Source of the DNA: an uncultured archaeon
Lineage (GTDB): Archaea; Iainarchaeota; Iainarchaeia; Iainarchaeales; JAAZKV01
NCBI GenBank assembly: GCA_964583285.1
Contig: CAZOVD010000003.1
Span: forward strand, 1-62,379
Direction of reading: 5' to 3'
DNA length: 62,379 nucleotides
Every line of letters begins with the position of its first letter. Positions within the stretch are counted from its first letter, which is position 1. Both the position numbers and the translations under genes were made by a program. Under the pieces are notes generated by a model. It did not search any database and was not told the DNA's origin. It saw only the letters and a list, made by a program, of their open reading frames with translations. Of this stretch, positions 44,118 through 53,800 are shown piece by piece.

Positions 44118-44902
44118 TGCAAAAAAATAAAGTCACACAAGGTTTAAAATTTAACGAAAAATTTGGAAAAATGAATTTTGGAGAAAAACGAAGTAAAGTG
44201 AGAAATGATCTTGCGCAAAGAATTAGAAGTTCAAGATTTGTTGATAGACATTCTGGTTGGGAAGTTAGAAGAAGTTTATTAAAATATCAAACAATGCTAA
44301 AAATTGATTTTGGATTATTATTGACAAATATGCTAAAAAAACATAAAAGGTTAAGAGTTCTTGATATTGGTTGCGGAGCAGGTTATTTTTTAAATGAATT
44401 AAAAAATTTTGATAGGAAAAGAATTGAAACTCACGGCATAAGAACAACTTTAAATGGATCCCCCTATCTAGGAGATGTTGAAAAATTAGATAAAGAAATG
44501 ACAAAAAAAATGGACTTGCTACACATAGGGAGTTTTGAAAATTATAAATTTAAAACAAAGTTTAATATTATTGTTTCTACGATTGGGAGCGTTTACACTG
44601 CAAGTCAAGCACACACCATACAAAAAATTTGTTCGCTTCTTGAAGTTGGCGGAGTTAGTGCAATAATAATTCCAAAAAAAGGAGTTTCAAAATCTTTACT
44701 AAATGAAATAACAAAAACAGGTTATAAAATAAAAGTTGAAACTAAACAAGTTAGAAAAAGAAATGGTGAAATTGATAGATTAAGAATTTTAAAAATAAGA
44801 AAAACTACTAATAGTGTTCCAAATTTAAGTAATTTTATTTTAAAAGAAATAAATAAAGGAATAGATGTTACTGTAAACCCAAGAATTGCTGAATTTTCTT
44901 AA
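44117..44902 (+). CDS. class I SAM-dependent methyltransferase
   Basis: Motif I is RVLDIGCGAGYFLNEL, and the spacing of later motifs fits a Rossmann-like fold. Confidence 0.7.
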   Translation: MQKNKVTQGLKFNEKFGKMNFGEKRSKVRNDLAQRIRSSRFVDRHSGWEVRRSLLKYQTMLKIDFGLLLTNMLKKHKRLRVLDIGCGAGYFLNELKNFDRKRIETHGIRTTLNGSPYLGDVEKLDKEMTKKMDLLHIGSFENYKFKTKFNIIVSTIGSVYTASQAHTIQKICSLLEVGGVSAIIIPKKGVSKSLLNEITKTGYKIKVETKQVRKRNGEIDRLRILKIRKTTNSVPNLSNFILKEINKGIDVTVNPRIAEFS

Positions 44903-44908
44903 AAAATA

Positions 44909-46210
44909 TTATTTTCTTATTTTTTTAATTATTTTTTCCGCACTACTTTGCGAAACGTTTTTTTCTTCAAGCATTTTTTTTACAACTTCATTAATTTCAC
45001 TTTCTTTTGCACCTGCCTGAAAAGCAATATTTTTTGCATGAAGTTTCATATGTCCTTCTTGAATACCACTACTAACAAGTGCTCTAAGTGCTGCAAAATT
45101 TTGAGCAAGACCAACGCTAGCAATAATACTTGCAAGTTCACTAGCTGATTTTACATTAAGTATTTTTAAATTCATTTGAGCAAGTGGGTGAATTTTTGTC
45201 ACGCCGCCTATAGTTCCAATAGCAAGAGGAATATCTATTTCGCCAACTAAATCACCATCTTTATTCTTGTAAAATTTTGTAAGTGGCGAATATTTTTCTT
45301 CAAATGCACTAAATGCGTGTGCGCCCGCTTCTATCGCACGAAAATCATTTCCAGTTGCAATTACTACTGCATCAATTCCATTCATTATCCCTTTATTATG
45401 TGTTGCGCATCTAAAAGGAGAACTAACTGCAAATTCATAAGCATCAAGAATTCTTTCTATTACTTTTTCACCACTTAAAAGTCCTTTTGTACTTTCTTGC
45501 AAAATGTTTTTTTTCCAAATTGTTTTTGCTTGTGCTCGTCTATAAATTGCTAGATTTGATAATATTTTTAATAAAACTTCACCATTAGAATATTCTTCTA
45601 TTTTTGGAGCTATTTTTTCAAGCATGGTATTTATTGCATTTGCACCCATTGCATCTTTTACATCAACCAGTATTTTAACATCAAGCATTTCTCCCCTTTT
45701 TGTTTTTAATATTTCAATAGTTAAGTCGCGTGGACCTCCCCCAGCTTTTATTAAATTAGATTCTTTATTAATTAATGAATTTAATATTTCTTTTTTATTT
45801 TTTAAAATATTTTCTTTGGCTATTTTTGTATTTTTACATTTAATAACTTGTAATTGACCTATCATTATTGAATCATCAACATTTGTTATAAATCCGCTTG
45901 AAAGTTTTGCTGCGTTGCTTGCAGCTGCAACCACACTAGCTTCTTCTATAACAAATGGAACTATATAGTCTTTTCCATTAATATTAAAATTGGTTGCAAC
46001 ACCAAGAGGAAGTGAAAAATTGCCCACTACATTTTCTATCATTTGATTAGCAGTTTCTAGTTTTAAAGAGCCTTCTTTATTTAGTAAACTAACTTCAACA
46101 TCGGTTAAACTAAATTCTTTTTTAAGTAAATTCTGTCTTTCTAAAATATTTTTTTTGTAAAAACCTTCAAAATTTTTTTTATTTATAAAATCACCTAAAA
46201 CTCTTCCCAA
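44909..46210 (-). CDS. mvaA: HMG-CoA reductase, class II
   Basis: ENVVGNFSLPLGVATNFNINGKDYIVPFVIEEASVVAAASNAAK, DAMGANAIN, and about 430 aa in length. No in-frame ATG occurs near the 5' end: there is a TTG at 46210 and an ATA at 46186. Confidence 0.85.
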   Translation of the reverse strand: MGRVLGDFINKKNFEGFYKKNILERQNLLKKEFSLTDVEVSLLNKEGSLKLETANQMIENVVGNFSLPLGVATNFNINGKDYIVPFVIEEASVVAAASNAAKLSSGFITNVDDSIMIGQLQVIKCKNTKIAKENILKNKKEILNSLINKESNLIKAGGGPRDLTIEILKTKRGEMLDVKILVDVKDAMGANAINTMLEKIAPKIEEYSNGEVLLKILSNLAIYRRAQAKTIWKKNILQESTKGLLSGEKVIERILDAYEFAVSSPFRCATHNKGIMNGIDAVVIATGNDFRAIEAGAHAFSAFEEKYSPLTKFYKNKDGDLVGEIDIPLAIGTIGGVTKIHPLAQMNLKILNVKSASELASIIASVGLAQNFAALRALVSSGIQEGHMKLHAKNIAFQAGAKESEINEVVKKMLEEKNVSQSSAEKIIKKIRK

Positions 46211-46386
46211 CTTTTTAATAATTGCATTGCTTCTTTTGGATTTCTTTTATATACTCTTCTAAAATCAGCTAAATAATTTACATCAAACCTTTGTAAAACA
46301 TATTGTTCTAATTTACCAACTGCCCCCTTTTTTGCGAGTGGTAATTTTTTTTTCATTAAGTTAACTTTTTTCTTAACAATTGGCAT
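46195..46386 (-). CDS. hypothetical small basic protein (63 aa) overlapping the HMGR 5' end
   Basis: The start context is GTGAT-ATT-ATG. Translation begins MPIVKKKVNLMKKKLPLAKKG. The stop lies inside the AGGTGA upstream of the HMGR coding region. Confidence 0.5.
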   Translation of the reverse strand: MPIVKKKVNLMKKKLPLAKKGAVGKLEQYVLQRFDVNYLADFRRVYKRNPKEAMQLLKSWEEF

Positions 46387-46412
46387 AATATCACTTCTTA
46401 AAAATAATTTTT

Positions 46413-46940
46413 TTATTTAGAAAATTTTTCTTTAACAATTTCCCACCCGGGATGAGTTATAATTATTTTAAACCACGCAGTATATTTTTTTGGATCATAA
46501 TAAATATCTTTCATTAATTCATCTACATTAATCCATTTATACTCGCTAACTTCATTAGGGTTTGGTTTTATTTCACCATCATAAACTCCAACAAATGTTT
46601 GATCCATTTCATATTCTGCTAAACCATTTAAAAATTCTGCATAATATGTAAATTTATAAAATGGAGTAAGTTCACATGAAAATCCCATTTCTTCAGGCAA
46701 TCTTCTTTTTGCAGCATCTAAATAAGTTTCGTTCATTCTTGGGTGTGTACAACAAGCATTTGTCCAAAGACCAGGGCAATGATATTTTGAATCAGCGCGC
46801 CTATGAAGTAGCATTTCGCCATTTTTATTAAAAATTAATACTGAAATTGCCCTATGTAACTTAGGGTTTTTATGTGCACTCATTTTTTCTTCTTTTCCAA
46901 CCACATTATCATTAAAATCTACAAGCACTACTTCTTCCAT
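46413..46940 (-). CDS. idi: isopentenyl-diphosphate delta-isomerase, type 1 (Nudix)
   Basis: LHRAISVLIFNKNGEMLLHRRADSKYHCPGLWTNACCTHP and a downstream E...E pair. AAGGAGAA sits upstream of the ATG. Confidence 0.85.
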   Translation of the reverse strand: MEEVVLVDFNDNVVGKEEKMSAHKNPKLHRAISVLIFNKNGEMLLHRRADSKYHCPGLWTNACCTHPRMNETYLDAAKRRLPEEMGFSCELTPFYKFTYYAEFLNGLAEYEMDQTFVGVYDGEIKPNPNEVSEYKWINVDELMKDIYYDPKKYTAWFKIIITHPGWEIVKEKFSK

Positions 46941-47007
46941 TTATATCAATTCTCCTTTAATAAAATAAAAATAATGTTATTTTAAAGTTTTTTAAAACAT
47001 AAAAAAA

Positions 47008-47691
47008 TTAAATTATTAATTCGCTACCATCTCCAAAAGCACTTTTTGATGCTAATTTATCTTTTTCTACAAAAGCATCATATTTTTTTCCCAGAACTAA
47101 TTTTGCATAACTACTTTCAAGATCCCCAAGCATCATAAGTAATACTCTATTAAGAATAATTGGCTTTGAACCATGAAGTGTAGTTGGAAGTAAAATGTGA
47201 TCTACTCGTTCAACTATTCCTGGATTATAATCAAGATCGTGTTTTGGGCCAGTTTGATTTTTCAAACTTGCATCAATACTTTTTTCAATCCAACTTACAA
47301 AATCTATTGATTTTGGATCACTTTTTTTATTAGATAAACCTTTTCCATGAATATCAATTAATAATTCTTTATTTCTTCTAACAAAATCTTTTATTTCAAG
47401 AGCTGCATTAAGCGAAACAACTTGACCTTGATATGCTTTCATGCCAGCCATTGCAAATGGCGTTATTTCACAAATTTTATCTATTTGAGCTTTGCTAAGT
47501 CCAAAAGCGGACAGTAATTTTTTTTTAGAACTAAGATAAACATTAAATCTTTGTTTAAAAAAAGAATGATCATTTAATCTCATAACTTGTACTCTTGATT
47601 TTTTCCCATGTTTGTTACGAACACTAAATATGTTTTTTTTAAATGGAGAAAATTTTTTCTTAACAGTATCCCACCATTTTTTTCCAACCAT
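47008..47691 (-). CDS. hypothetical protein (227 aa) between GGPP synthase and IDI
   Basis: ATG 47691 lies 1 nt after the GGPPS stop (the track start at 47709 is a TTG). It has a basic N-terminus (MVGKKWWDTVKKKF). No motif recognised. Confidence 0.5.
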   Translation of the reverse strand: MVGKKWWDTVKKKFSPFKKNIFSVRNKHGKKSRVQVMRLNDHSFFKQRFNVYLSSKKKLLSAFGLSKAQIDKICEITPFAMAGMKAYQGQVVSLNAALEIKDFVRRNKELLIDIHGKGLSNKKSDPKSIDFVSWIEKSIDASLKNQTGPKHDLDYNPGIVERVDHILLPTTLHGSKPIILNRVLLMMLGDLESSYAKLVLGKKYDAFVEKDKLASKSAFGDGSELII

Positions 47692-47692
47692 A

Positions 47693-48802
47693 TTAGATCT
47701 TCCTGTCAACTAAATATTCTGCAAATTTTTTTAAAATTAATTTGGCATTTGACTCTGGCAAAACACCATCCACTTCTTTCCAAGCGCTTTCAACTAATTC
47801 TTCTGCCTTTTTGCGCGAATAATCTATTCCATCATATTTATTTATTATGTTTAGTGCTTCTTTTATTTCACTTTCTTTTTCTGTGTGAGAATCAAGAATT
47901 TCTATTAATCTTTTCTTATCAGTAGGCGTTGCAACTTCAAGTGTTCTAATAACAATTAATGTTCTCTTGCCTTCATGGATATCTCCGCCTATACTTCCCT
48001 TACCTGCTTTAAATGAATCTTCAGTTAATTCTAATATATCATCTTGTATTTGAAAACCAACACCTACAATTTGACCAAAATTACCAAGCGCATCATATTG
48101 TTTTTCGTTTGCTTCACCAACTATTGCTCCAAGTTGACAAGCAAATTTTGTTAATACTCCTGTTTTACTTAAGCACATATTCAAATATTGTTTTTCATTT
48201 GGAGTAAATCCCCCATTATGCCAAGCAATATCCCAAACTTGTCCAGAACACACTCTTAACATTTCTTTTACGAAAAGATCATAAATTTTTAATTTTTTTT
48301 CATTTCCAAGATTAAAATCATCATTCATTATTTTTACTACTGGCCAGAAGTACATTATTGTGCCAGTGTTTACTGCAGTATCAACACCAAATATTTTATG
48401 AGTACAAGGTTTTCCTCTTCTTGCAGTTGAATCATCTTCAACATCATCTTGCATCAAAGTTCCATTATGAATAAGTTCTACTATTGGAGCTACTTTTAAA
48501 CCAGTTTTCCAAGTTCCACCAACTGCTTCACAAGTAATACAAGTTAAAATTGGCCTAAACCTTTTTCCACCCCTATCAAGTAAATCCCAAATTGGAGTGT
48601 TACATCCAGCATTATATGCCTCAATATCAAGCTCAAAAATAGTTTTTCCAAGAGCATTTTCTACCCATTTTTTACTAGCTTTTCGCGGAATAAAATTTTC
48701 CATTTCTTTATCAATTACTGGCGAATATTTTTTTAAAAATTCTTTAATTTCTAAATTTGTTTCCTCTTTACTAATCATAATAATATTTTCTATAAAACCC
48801 AT
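47693..48802 (-). CDS. idsA: geranylgeranyl diphosphate synthase (trans-polyprenyl synthase)
   Basis: First Asp-rich motif (LMQDDVEDDSTARRG), second Asp-rich motif (FQIQDDILE), and GKGSIGGDIHEGKRT. Confidence 0.85.
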   Translation of the reverse strand: MGFIENIIMISKEETNLEIKEFLKKYSPVIDKEMENFIPRKASKKWVENALGKTIFELDIEAYNAGCNTPIWDLLDRGGKRFRPILTCITCEAVGGTWKTGLKVAPIVELIHNGTLMQDDVEDDSTARRGKPCTHKIFGVDTAVNTGTIMYFWPVVKIMNDDFNLGNEKKLKIYDLFVKEMLRVCSGQVWDIAWHNGGFTPNEKQYLNMCLSKTGVLTKFACQLGAIVGEANEKQYDALGNFGQIVGVGFQIQDDILELTEDSFKAGKGSIGGDIHEGKRTLIVIRTLEVATPTDKKRLIEILDSHTEKESEIKEALNIINKYDGIDYSRKKAEELVESAWKEVDGVLPESNAKLILKKFAEYLVDRKI

Positions 48803-48872
48803 TAAAAAAGTTAACTAGTGTGATAAAACTCCCCCCAAACTCTTTTTATAACCTATTTTATTAAATCTTAAT

Positions 48873-49937
48873 ATGAATTTAGAATTAAGCAACTTAGCTC
48901 TTCACCATTTAATAGAAGAAAACCAAGTACTTTTAAATGGCTTTATTAATAAAGTTCAAACTACCCCCCAAGGTTTATTAAAATTAAAAATACATACTAA
49001 AGAAGGGGACAAAAATGTTTTAGTAAATAATAAAGCAATTTTTATTTCAAGTAATAGCATATCTGCAAAACAAAATCCTGGCGGATTTTCTTCATTTATC
49101 AAAAAATATATTTTTAATCAAAGAATTATTTCTCTTACACAAAAAGATTTTGATAGAATCGTTTTAATGGAATTTCCAAGCGTTATTTTAATTTTTGAGT
49201 TATTTGCTAAAGGGAATGTAATACTTTGTAATAAAGAATTTAAAATTATACGTGCAATGAAAAAAGAAAAATGGAAAGATAGGGAAATAAAAACTGGTGA
49301 AATTTATAAATTTCCTAGTTCTCGCGGAAAAAACCCTCTTGAAATTAAAACTGAAGAATTTTTTTATTTATTAAAAGAAAATGAAAAAACTATTTTTGGA
49401 AGTATTTTTGACATACTTAATGTTGCTCCAGGAATAATTAATTATTTATTTGAAAAAAATAATTGGAACAAAACAATTAATGCAAGCACAATAGATAAAA
49501 AAAAGAGTGAAGAAATTTTAAGTGAAATAAAAAAGTTATACGCTAGCAAAGAGACTGGCGCATATGTTCTTGAAAACACTATTTATTCTATTGAAATAAA
49601 TGCAGAAAGAAAAAGTGACAATATAACTGGCTTATTAAATGAAAATATTTTAGTTAACACTAACCATATTGAAAAAAAGGAAATAAAGAAAAATGTTAAT
49701 AGGACAGAAAATTATAATTCCCAAATAAAAAAGAGTGAACTTGAAGAGAAAGAATATTTAGAAGTTGGAGAAAAAATATATTTAGAATATCAAGAATTGC
49801 AAGAAATTATAGAAAAAATAAAATTAATGCAAAAAAATAATGTAAATGATGATGAAATTAAAAGTAAAATAAAGTCTACCCATCAAAGAATAAAAGATAT
49901 TAATCTACAGAAGAGCAAACTTATAATCGAAATTTAG
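48873..49937 (+). CDS. NFACT-N domain protein (RqcH/NEMF-like, short form)
   Basis: The N-terminal 150 aa follow the NFACT-N pattern (LLNGFINKV...LKLKIHTKEG..., LIFELFAKGNVILC). A Lys/Glu-rich helical tail follows. No NFACT-R/C region is seen. Confidence 0.65.
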   Translation: MNLELSNLALHHLIEENQVLLNGFINKVQTTPQGLLKLKIHTKEGDKNVLVNNKAIFISSNSISAKQNPGGFSSFIKKYIFNQRIISLTQKDFDRIVLMEFPSVILIFELFAKGNVILCNKEFKIIRAMKKEKWKDREIKTGEIYKFPSSRGKNPLEIKTEEFFYLLKENEKTIFGSIFDILNVAPGIINYLFEKNNWNKTINASTIDKKKSEEILSEIKKLYASKETGAYVLENTIYSIEINAERKSDNITGLLNENILVNTNHIEKKEIKKNVNRTENYNSQIKKSELEEKEYLEVGEKIYLEYQELQEIIEKIKLMQKNNVNDDEIKSKIKSTHQRIKDINLQKSKLIIEI

Positions 49938-50209
49938 TTTTTTGCTGATAATTCTTCAACTAGTTCTCTTTCATCAATGATAAAAACGTCACTTACCGCA
50001 GTTACTGCTGAATAAGGTACTTCTATTATTTTATCTGTTCTTCCTGCTTTACTTAGAACTTTTGAATTTCTATCAACTTCAATTATTAAAGTTTCAATGT
50101 CGCCGCCAACTTCGCTAACAACCATGTCAGAAAGTTTTCCGATTTCATCTCCCCTATTTGTAATAACTCTTTTTGAAGCTAATTGTCTTGCTATTGTATA
50201 TTTGTACAT
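49934..50209 (-). CDS. PRC-barrel domain protein
   Basis: LASKRVITNRGDEIGKLSDMVVSEVGGDIETLIIEV. AGGTGA sits 4 nt upstream of ATG 50209. Confidence 0.6.
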   Translation of the reverse strand: MYKYTIARQLASKRVITNRGDEIGKLSDMVVSEVGGDIETLIIEVDRNSKVLSKAGRTDKIIEVPYSAVTAVSDVFIIDERELVEELSAKN

Positions 50210-50464
50210 ATTTTCACCTAAATTGTTTCTACAATATAAATGCATTACACCTTTATAAATATTTCTTAAAAATAAAAAAAAATTAATAATAAAAAAATAG
50301 GTTATGTATAATTAATATTATTGTTGATTTTTGGAAGTAGTAAAACTTGAAAAGAGAATCTTGCTAAAACAACGCAAATATTCAAATAAATATTAAAAAA
50401 CACCCAATTAAACATAATTTTGTTTATTGAAAAGATTTTTATATTTCAAAAACATTCTCTAATT

Positions 50465-50761
50465 ATGTCACTAGCAAACCCAAATGAGGAACTTGATGAT
50501 TTAATAACTCCAAAAAAATCTAAACTTGGAAATTTAACTAAGAAATTTTCTAAAATAAGAATGTTTGCAATTATCCTAATTATTGGAGTTATTATTGGAA
50601 TTTTAATTGGGCATTATTATATAGAACCATTAATAACGCAAGAATCTGCAGTTTGTAAAAACTGTATTTTAACAAACCAATTACTAACTAAAGAAAATCA
50701 ATGCTTATATTCAATATTGCCTAATTCACAAGAAGCAATACTAAATTGTGTTGACAAATGA
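50465..50761 (+). CDS. small single-pass membrane protein with a Cys-rich ectodomain
   Basis: One TM segment (MFAIILIIGVIIGILIGHYYI), then CKNC...C...C. ATG at 50465. Confidence 0.45.
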   Translation: MSLANPNEELDDLITPKKSKLGNLTKKFSKIRMFAIILIIGVIIGILIGHYYIEPLITQESAVCKNCILTNQLLTKENQCLYSILPNSQEAILNCVDK

Positions 50762-50806
50762 CGAAAAGTTAATTAATTTTTTAAACTCTCAAAAAAAAAT
50801 TAAATA

Positions 50807-53800
50807 ATGAAAATTACAATTGCATTATTAGTAGTTATTTTTTTATTTTTCTTTGGTTGTACTGAAATGACTAGGGATGAAGTGAATACTTGTTATTCTC
50901 TAACCAGCAAAAGTTTTGATTATATACCATACTGTGAAACTACAAATAGTTGTTATGCAAGACTTAATACATTATTTAAAACAAACTTTGAAATACCTAC
51001 TGAAAATGATTTATATCACTTAAAAAATAGTGTTGCAAGAAGCTGGTTTTATTATAATAAATCAATTAAAGAAATTGAGAACATATCAAAACAATGTTTA
51101 ACAAAAAATGCTTCAACAATACCTGGGCAAGTAAACCAAACAAGGTTCTATATTAAAGAAGCTTTTAATGAAATGGACAAATATATGAAAAAAAGTTTTG
51201 AAATCATATTAAAAGAATATAAATTTTTAGATAGTGAAGATATCAAATTAATACCAGAAGAAAAAATATATGATGATTATATTTATTTTAAACAGATTTT
51301 AACCGAACTTGAAAGCGGATCTACAAAAAGTAATTCATATATTTCATTTTTCACAAAAAAAGTTGAAAACTTTAAAAACTCAAATTCAGATTTACCAAGT
51401 AATTTAATTGAAAAAGATTCTTTTTATATGCAAGCACTAAACATAACTTCAAATAAACTTCTTGATGAACTAGAACTTAATAATGTAAAAATAGACTTTT
51501 ACTTTTTATCAACACCAATAAATAATCTGTTTACTTATTTTGAAGATTTAATTTATAAAAAACAAAGCATTACTGCATTAAGCCAACTACCAACAAATCA
51601 GTTAATGATACTTTATTCTGATTTAACTGGTGAGAAGCATTCTGCGTTAGAGCAGTTTTCTTTATTAATAAATAATTATAATGAAAACTTTAAACAACTT
51701 TCAACTAGAAAAATTCAACTTTGGGAAAATGTTGAAAATGAATATAATACTACAAAAAATTTAAGAAATTCATCAAAAGATAATGAAAATATTGAATATA
51801 TTAGAACTAATTTAGTTAGTGAAAAAATAATTTCAAATACTGATATTGAAAAACTTTTTTTAGAAAATGAAAACAGATTGATTTTATTAAGAAAGGATAA
51901 ATTTGAAAACAGATTAACCATTGGTAAAGAAATAAGTAATTTAAAAGAGATTAATAACAATTTTTTAATATTAACTAAACATTACCTTGAAAAAAAATTT
52001 GAAAATAATACACTTATAACTAATGCTTGTGATAAAAAAGCTAGCGACATTTTGAAAATAAAAAATGATTCTAGTGAACTAGAAAAAATCTATTCTGATT
52101 TAATATTTTATGCTAAACAAACGTTAAATAGTGCTGACTTAAAGCCGGAATTTTGCAAAAAGACTATTCAAAAAGAAAAAGAATATTTTGAAGGAAAAAA
52201 TAACTTTGAATTATTAAAAGCAAAACAAATAGATATAACTAAAGAGTGTTTTTCTTTTTTAGATGAAGTTTTTTTACAATCTAATTTTAATGAATTAAAA
52301 AAAATATATGAACAATTAAAAAAAGAAACTGTTACCAACGAAAACATATTTTATTTTAAAGAAGCGTGTGAAAAGATAAAAATGCAAGTAGAAAATGAAA
52401 TATATTCTAATAAAAACATCATAGAAATAGAAAATAATTATAAAATATTAAATAATTTAAAAAACGAATTAATTTTAGTTGAACAATATTCTAAAAAAAG
52501 TCAAAAACCCCAAATTAACGAAATTGAAAAAGAAATAAATTTTTATAATAATTATCGCCAAGATAACAAATTTGATTATATTAAAATAATTAATATAATT
52601 GAAGAGTTAAATGAACGACTAATTATGTTTAATCAAAAAACTATTACTTATTTAGATAAAGAAAAAATAGAAACAATAATAAATAATATAAAATTCATAA
52701 ATCATAGTAAAAATTTAATTGTAGCAAACACTGATTTTAATTCAGAAATAACTATAGAAATACATAATCCATTTAAAGAAATTAGTAAAGAAGTTTCGTT
52801 TAAAGTTCCTTTTAAAATATCTATACAAAATGTTGATTTTGTAAAAGATTATTTAACTGGTGAAAATCAAAGCGTTATTATATTAAGTAAAATACCTTTT
52901 GGAACAAGTAAAATAATTGCCAGTTATAAAAATAAAATAGAATATGAGATTATTGAAAAAATAATTCTTGCAACAAATAAAGAAAGTTTAATAGAAAAAA
53001 GAATTAATATAAAAAATGATGAGATTTTTTCAAAATCTTTATTTTCAGTAGAATCGCAAAAACACACTAAATTAATAATAACATTAAATAAAAAAGAAAT
53101 AAGTTATGTAATAGAAAACAATAAAATAAATTTTGTTTTAGATGATGTTTCAAAAAACTCGGAAATAATATTATATTTTTATATTAATGATTTAATAACT
53201 CTGGAAAAAAATATTAAAGATATAACTAACATTGATCTTGAAAATCAAACAATAGAATATGAACTAAAATTAAAAAATAATATTGGAAAAAAGCTCAATT
53301 CAAATATTTTAATTGATTTTAAAAATGATTTTTATGTAAAAAAAATAAATATTTATGACGAAAAGTTTACAAATAAACAAATTACTATAATAAATGACCA
53401 AATATTACTAAAAAATATTGAATTTATTGAAAATGAACAGAAAACATTTGTTATGGTTGCTCAAATAAATAATTCTAAAGAATATTACTCTAATCAACTT
53501 TTAAATTTGAAAAATAATTTATTTGAAATAAATAATTTTTTGTCTAAAGAAATAGAAAAACATTTAACCTACAAATTTTCAGAAGAATGGCTTAAAACAG
53601 CTCAAAAGTTAATAAATCAGGCAAATAAAGAAATAGAACAAGATAACATTTTAAAGGCAAAAGAAAATCAAATACTTTTAGTAAAAAATGAATTAATTGA
53701 AAAAATATCTATTTACGAAAATATTTTATTAGAATTAAAAGAACTAAATTTGTTAAGTGATTTTGATAAATTACAAAATGTGTTAGGTGTTGCAAAAGAA

